Assembly (NCBI RefSeq): GCF_009827135.1
Contig: NZ_CP046534.1
Coordinates: 690,001 to 722,000 of the forward strand
Origin: Blochmannia endosymbiont of Camponotus nipponensis
GTDB lineage: Bacteria; Pseudomonadota; Gammaproteobacteria; Enterobacterales; Enterobacteriaceae
Reading direction: 5' to 3'
DNA length: 32,000 nucleotides
Part shown: positions 29,667 through 32,000 of the stretch, piece after piece
Numbering within the stretch: the stretch's first letter is position 1
Layout: every line of letters begins with the position of its first letter
Position numbers and translations under genes: made by a program
Notes under the pieces: generated by a model
Told to the model about the DNA's origin: nothing
Database searches by the model: none
What the model saw: the letters and a program-made list of their open reading frames with translations, nothing else

Positions 29667-30090
29667 TTTTTCCTCTTTATAATTTGTAGGTTCTTACGTG
29701 TACACAATATTTATAGATTAAATGTTTTTAAAAATAATACATATGTATATATTGTGTTTTTATTTTTTTGTGATGAAAAATTTATTTTTATAATTATGAC
29801 TGATTATATGAGCATTTACATTAATGTTAAAAACATATGGAGTAATTATAATTACTGATGTTTTATTATAATGATAAGTATAACTATTTATATTATGCAT
29901 ATAATTGATTATTAATTTTGATGTTAATTATTTTTGGTTTTATATAAATTTCTAGAAAATTATAACATTTATTTATAATAAAATGTATACCAATCAAATA
30001 ACAGTTAAATGTTCACAATTATAGTAATATTTAATATTATTAACAATATTAAATAAATTTTATTATTGTTGTTTCTTATGTTGGTTCAGA

Positions 30091-31215
30091 TTATTCTTTG
30101 GTGTTTAAACCGGATAAAAGGATATTTTTTGCGATGATTCCTCCTCCTAAACAACGTTCTTTTGAATAAAAGACTGCTGATTGTCCCGGTGTAATTGCTA
30201 GAACCGGGTTTTTTAAAATGACTCTTAGATTGTTGTTAGAAAGAGGGTACACTTGACATGGAATATCTGGATGCCTATATCTAGTTTTAACTGTACAACA
30301 TAAAGGTGATTTAAGTGTATTTTCTTTAATCCATTGTGCTTGTTCAGCGACGAATTCGGTAGACATGAGACGTGGATGGTTACGTTTTTGTGCTACAATT
30401 AATGTATTATTCATTATATCTTTATCTATTACATACCACGGTTGACCATTGCCTTCTTTAACTCCACCGATATTCAGCCCTTTTCTTTGTCCTAAAGTAT
30501 AAAATGATACTCCTTGGTGTGTTCCGATTTTTTTCCCTCTTGTATTAATTATAATTCCTGGCCGTATCGGTATGTAGTTGCTAATAAAATCTTTAAATTT
30601 GCGTTTACCAATAAAACAAATACCAGTTGAGTCTTTTTTGTTTGCTGTAATTAAATTTAGTTTCTTAGCAATATTTCTAACTTTTGATTTATTTAATGTT
30701 CCCAAAGGAAATAAACATTGCCTAAGTTGTTTGCTACTAAGTGTATATAAAAAATAACTTTGATCTTTATTTCTATCTACACCACGCATCAAATAAATTT
30801 CTTTGTTTATATTAATACGACGCACATAATGTCCAGTTGCTATAAGGTCAGCTCCTAAACTTTTACGTGCAAATTCTAAAAAATATTTAAATTTAATCTC
30901 CTTATTACAGAGTATATCAGGATTGGGGGTGCGACCAGCGCTATATTCTCGTAAAAATATTTGAAATACATTTTCCCAATATTCTTGAGAAAAGTTTATG
31001 GTATGTAAATGTATACCTAAATGATTACAGACAGAATAAGTATCTGATAAGTCAGATGCTGATGCACAATATTCTGTGTTATCGTCATCTTCCCAATTTT
31101 TCATAAATAATCCTTCTACTGTATATCCTTGTTGTTGTAACAACCATGCGGATACAGAAGAATCTACCCCCCCAGACATACCAACAATTACTTTTTTTGA
31201 ACTAATATACGACAT
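30091..31215 (-). CDS. mnmA: tRNA-specific 2-thiouridylase (s2U34 of tRNA-Lys/Glu/Gln)
   Basis: [37 protein letters not shown] (PP-loop), [74 protein letters not shown] and TPGQSAVFY. It is adjacent to purB as in E. coli, with hflD missing. Confidence 0.96.
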   Translation of the reverse strand: MSYISSKKVIVGMSGGVDSSVSAWLLQQQGYTVEGLFMKNWEDDDNTEYCASASDLSDTYSVCNHLGIHLHTINFSQEYWENVFQIFLREYSAGRTPNPDILCNKEIKFKYFLEFARKSLGADLIATGHYVRRININKEIYLMRGVDRNKDQSYFLYTLSSKQLRQCLFPLGTLNKSKVRNIAKKLNLITANKKDSTGICFIGKRKFKDFISNYIPIRPGIIINTRGKKIGTHQGVSFYTLGQRKGLNIGGVKEGNGQPWYVIDKDIMNNTLIVAQKRNHPRLMSTEFVAEQAQWIKENTLKSPLCCTVKTRYRHPDIPCQVYPLSNNNLRVILKNPVLAITPGQSAVFYSKERCLGGGIIAKNILLSGLNTKE

Positions 31216-31866
31216 AATTTATAATAAAATAAAGATCTAAAGTTAATTATGTAATACTGCGTATACATAATATATTATATAGCAAAAAATTTATATTTAA
31301 AAAAGATTTCATTATGTAAATGTACGGTACATTATTTATTTGGAACAATTTATATGTTCATAATACATATACAAAAATACATGTTTTAAAAAATTAAGTA
31401 CTTTTATGTGTATAAAATATGAAAATTGAAAAATTTCATTTACGTTATGAGGTTGATGATATAGTGTTTTCAAAAAAAAGAAAATTAAATTATAGTTATT
31501 TGCAAGTTTTTAATGTAAATATATATATATATTAAATTAGCATATATTATAAACTTGATTTTTTAATTTTAAATATATGTTATGTATTATTATTTTGTAT
31601 CTTTTATATGGATAGAATAGGATAGATAAATATAAATTTTTGAGCTCAATTATTCTTTTGAAATATATACAAAATATATCTAGTATATATACAATGTTTT
31701 ATTTAAAAACTCAATGCTATAATAATATATTTATATTTATTTTTTATGTTTTATATATCATGATTTTCAGTATGAAATATGTAATGTACATTATGTTATA
31801 TATATATTTTGATATATTTATTGATAAAAAATGTTATTGTTTATACATGTAAAAAATGAGATTTTT

Positions 31867-32000
31867 ATGACTAAAAATGATATAAAAGTGTTATCCAATG
31901 ATCTAACGCGGATCATAAAAAAGACAGATAATTTACAAGGATTTGTTCAGGTTAGAGCGGCGCATCGTCGTGAACTTATTGATGATTATATTGAGTTGAT
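31867..32000 (+). CDS. mntR: Manganese-responsive transcriptional regulator MntR (DtxR family), N-terminal fragment running off the window
   Basis: ATG 31867 opens [44 protein letters not shown]. The block GF.[13 protein letters not shown].EL matches E. coli MntR (..[22 protein letters not shown]..). It is not in the ORF track because it is truncated. Confidence 0.75.
   Translation, partial: [44 protein letters not shown]

Noticed and set aside
1-32000. Genetic-code change (UGA read as Trp), as in some extreme endosymbionts
   Set aside because: pgsA, plsX, holB and lolC end with TGA at positions matching the E. coli C-termini. Trp is encoded by TGG at conserved positions (for example YWWYRD in asnS). 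The standard code 11 fits.
1-32000. Replication origin, dif site or DnaA-box cluster in the long spacers
   Set aside because: I found no TTATCCACA-like boxes, no clustered GATC and no flanking origin-associated genes. Gene orientation simply follows the E. coli arrangement.

Overview
This is a very AT-rich window with the hallmarks of a reduced genome from an obligate enterobacterial insect endosymbiont. The content is Blochmannia-like: lipid A, Lol and fatty-acid genes are kept, and no flagellar genes sit next to rne. I cannot prove that assignment without a database search.

I can support 25 complete CDS, 2 CDS truncated by the window edges (aspC at the left, mntR at the right), 1 frameshifted gene (an L,D-transpeptidase) and 4 tRNA genes.

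The backbone is collinear with my recollection of the E. coli K-12 map: aspC-asnS ... fabA ... hspQ-tusE-serT ... lpxL ... rne/rluC-rpmF-plsX-fabHDG-acpP-pabC-tmk-holB-ycfH ... hinT-lpoB ... lolCDE ... purB-mnmA. Many intervening E. coli genes are simply missing and are replaced by ORF-free, extremely AT-rich spacers. By my coordinates these total about 8.9 kb, roughly 28% of the window.

I see no mobile elements, CRISPR array, prophage, toxin-antitoxin or defence genes, and UGA still behaves as a stop codon. I did not find a convincing new multi-gene system; this is core housekeeping DNA.

The observations most worth a second look are:
- an otherwise intact ldt gene broken only at an A10 tract, a candidate for rescue by slippage
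- many in-frame A/T 9-11 tracts inside genes
- a tRNA-Lys with a CUU anticodon on an E. coli UUU-type backbone
- all four tRNA genes lacking an encoded CCA
- a perfect 44-bp palindrome in a divergent spacer
- an RNase E whose C-terminal half is replaced by N/K/I/Y-rich sequence but keeps a candidate membrane-targeting helix at the E. coli position
- an LpoB homolog with a shortened linker and no canonical lipobox
- a fab cluster with an empty fabF slot
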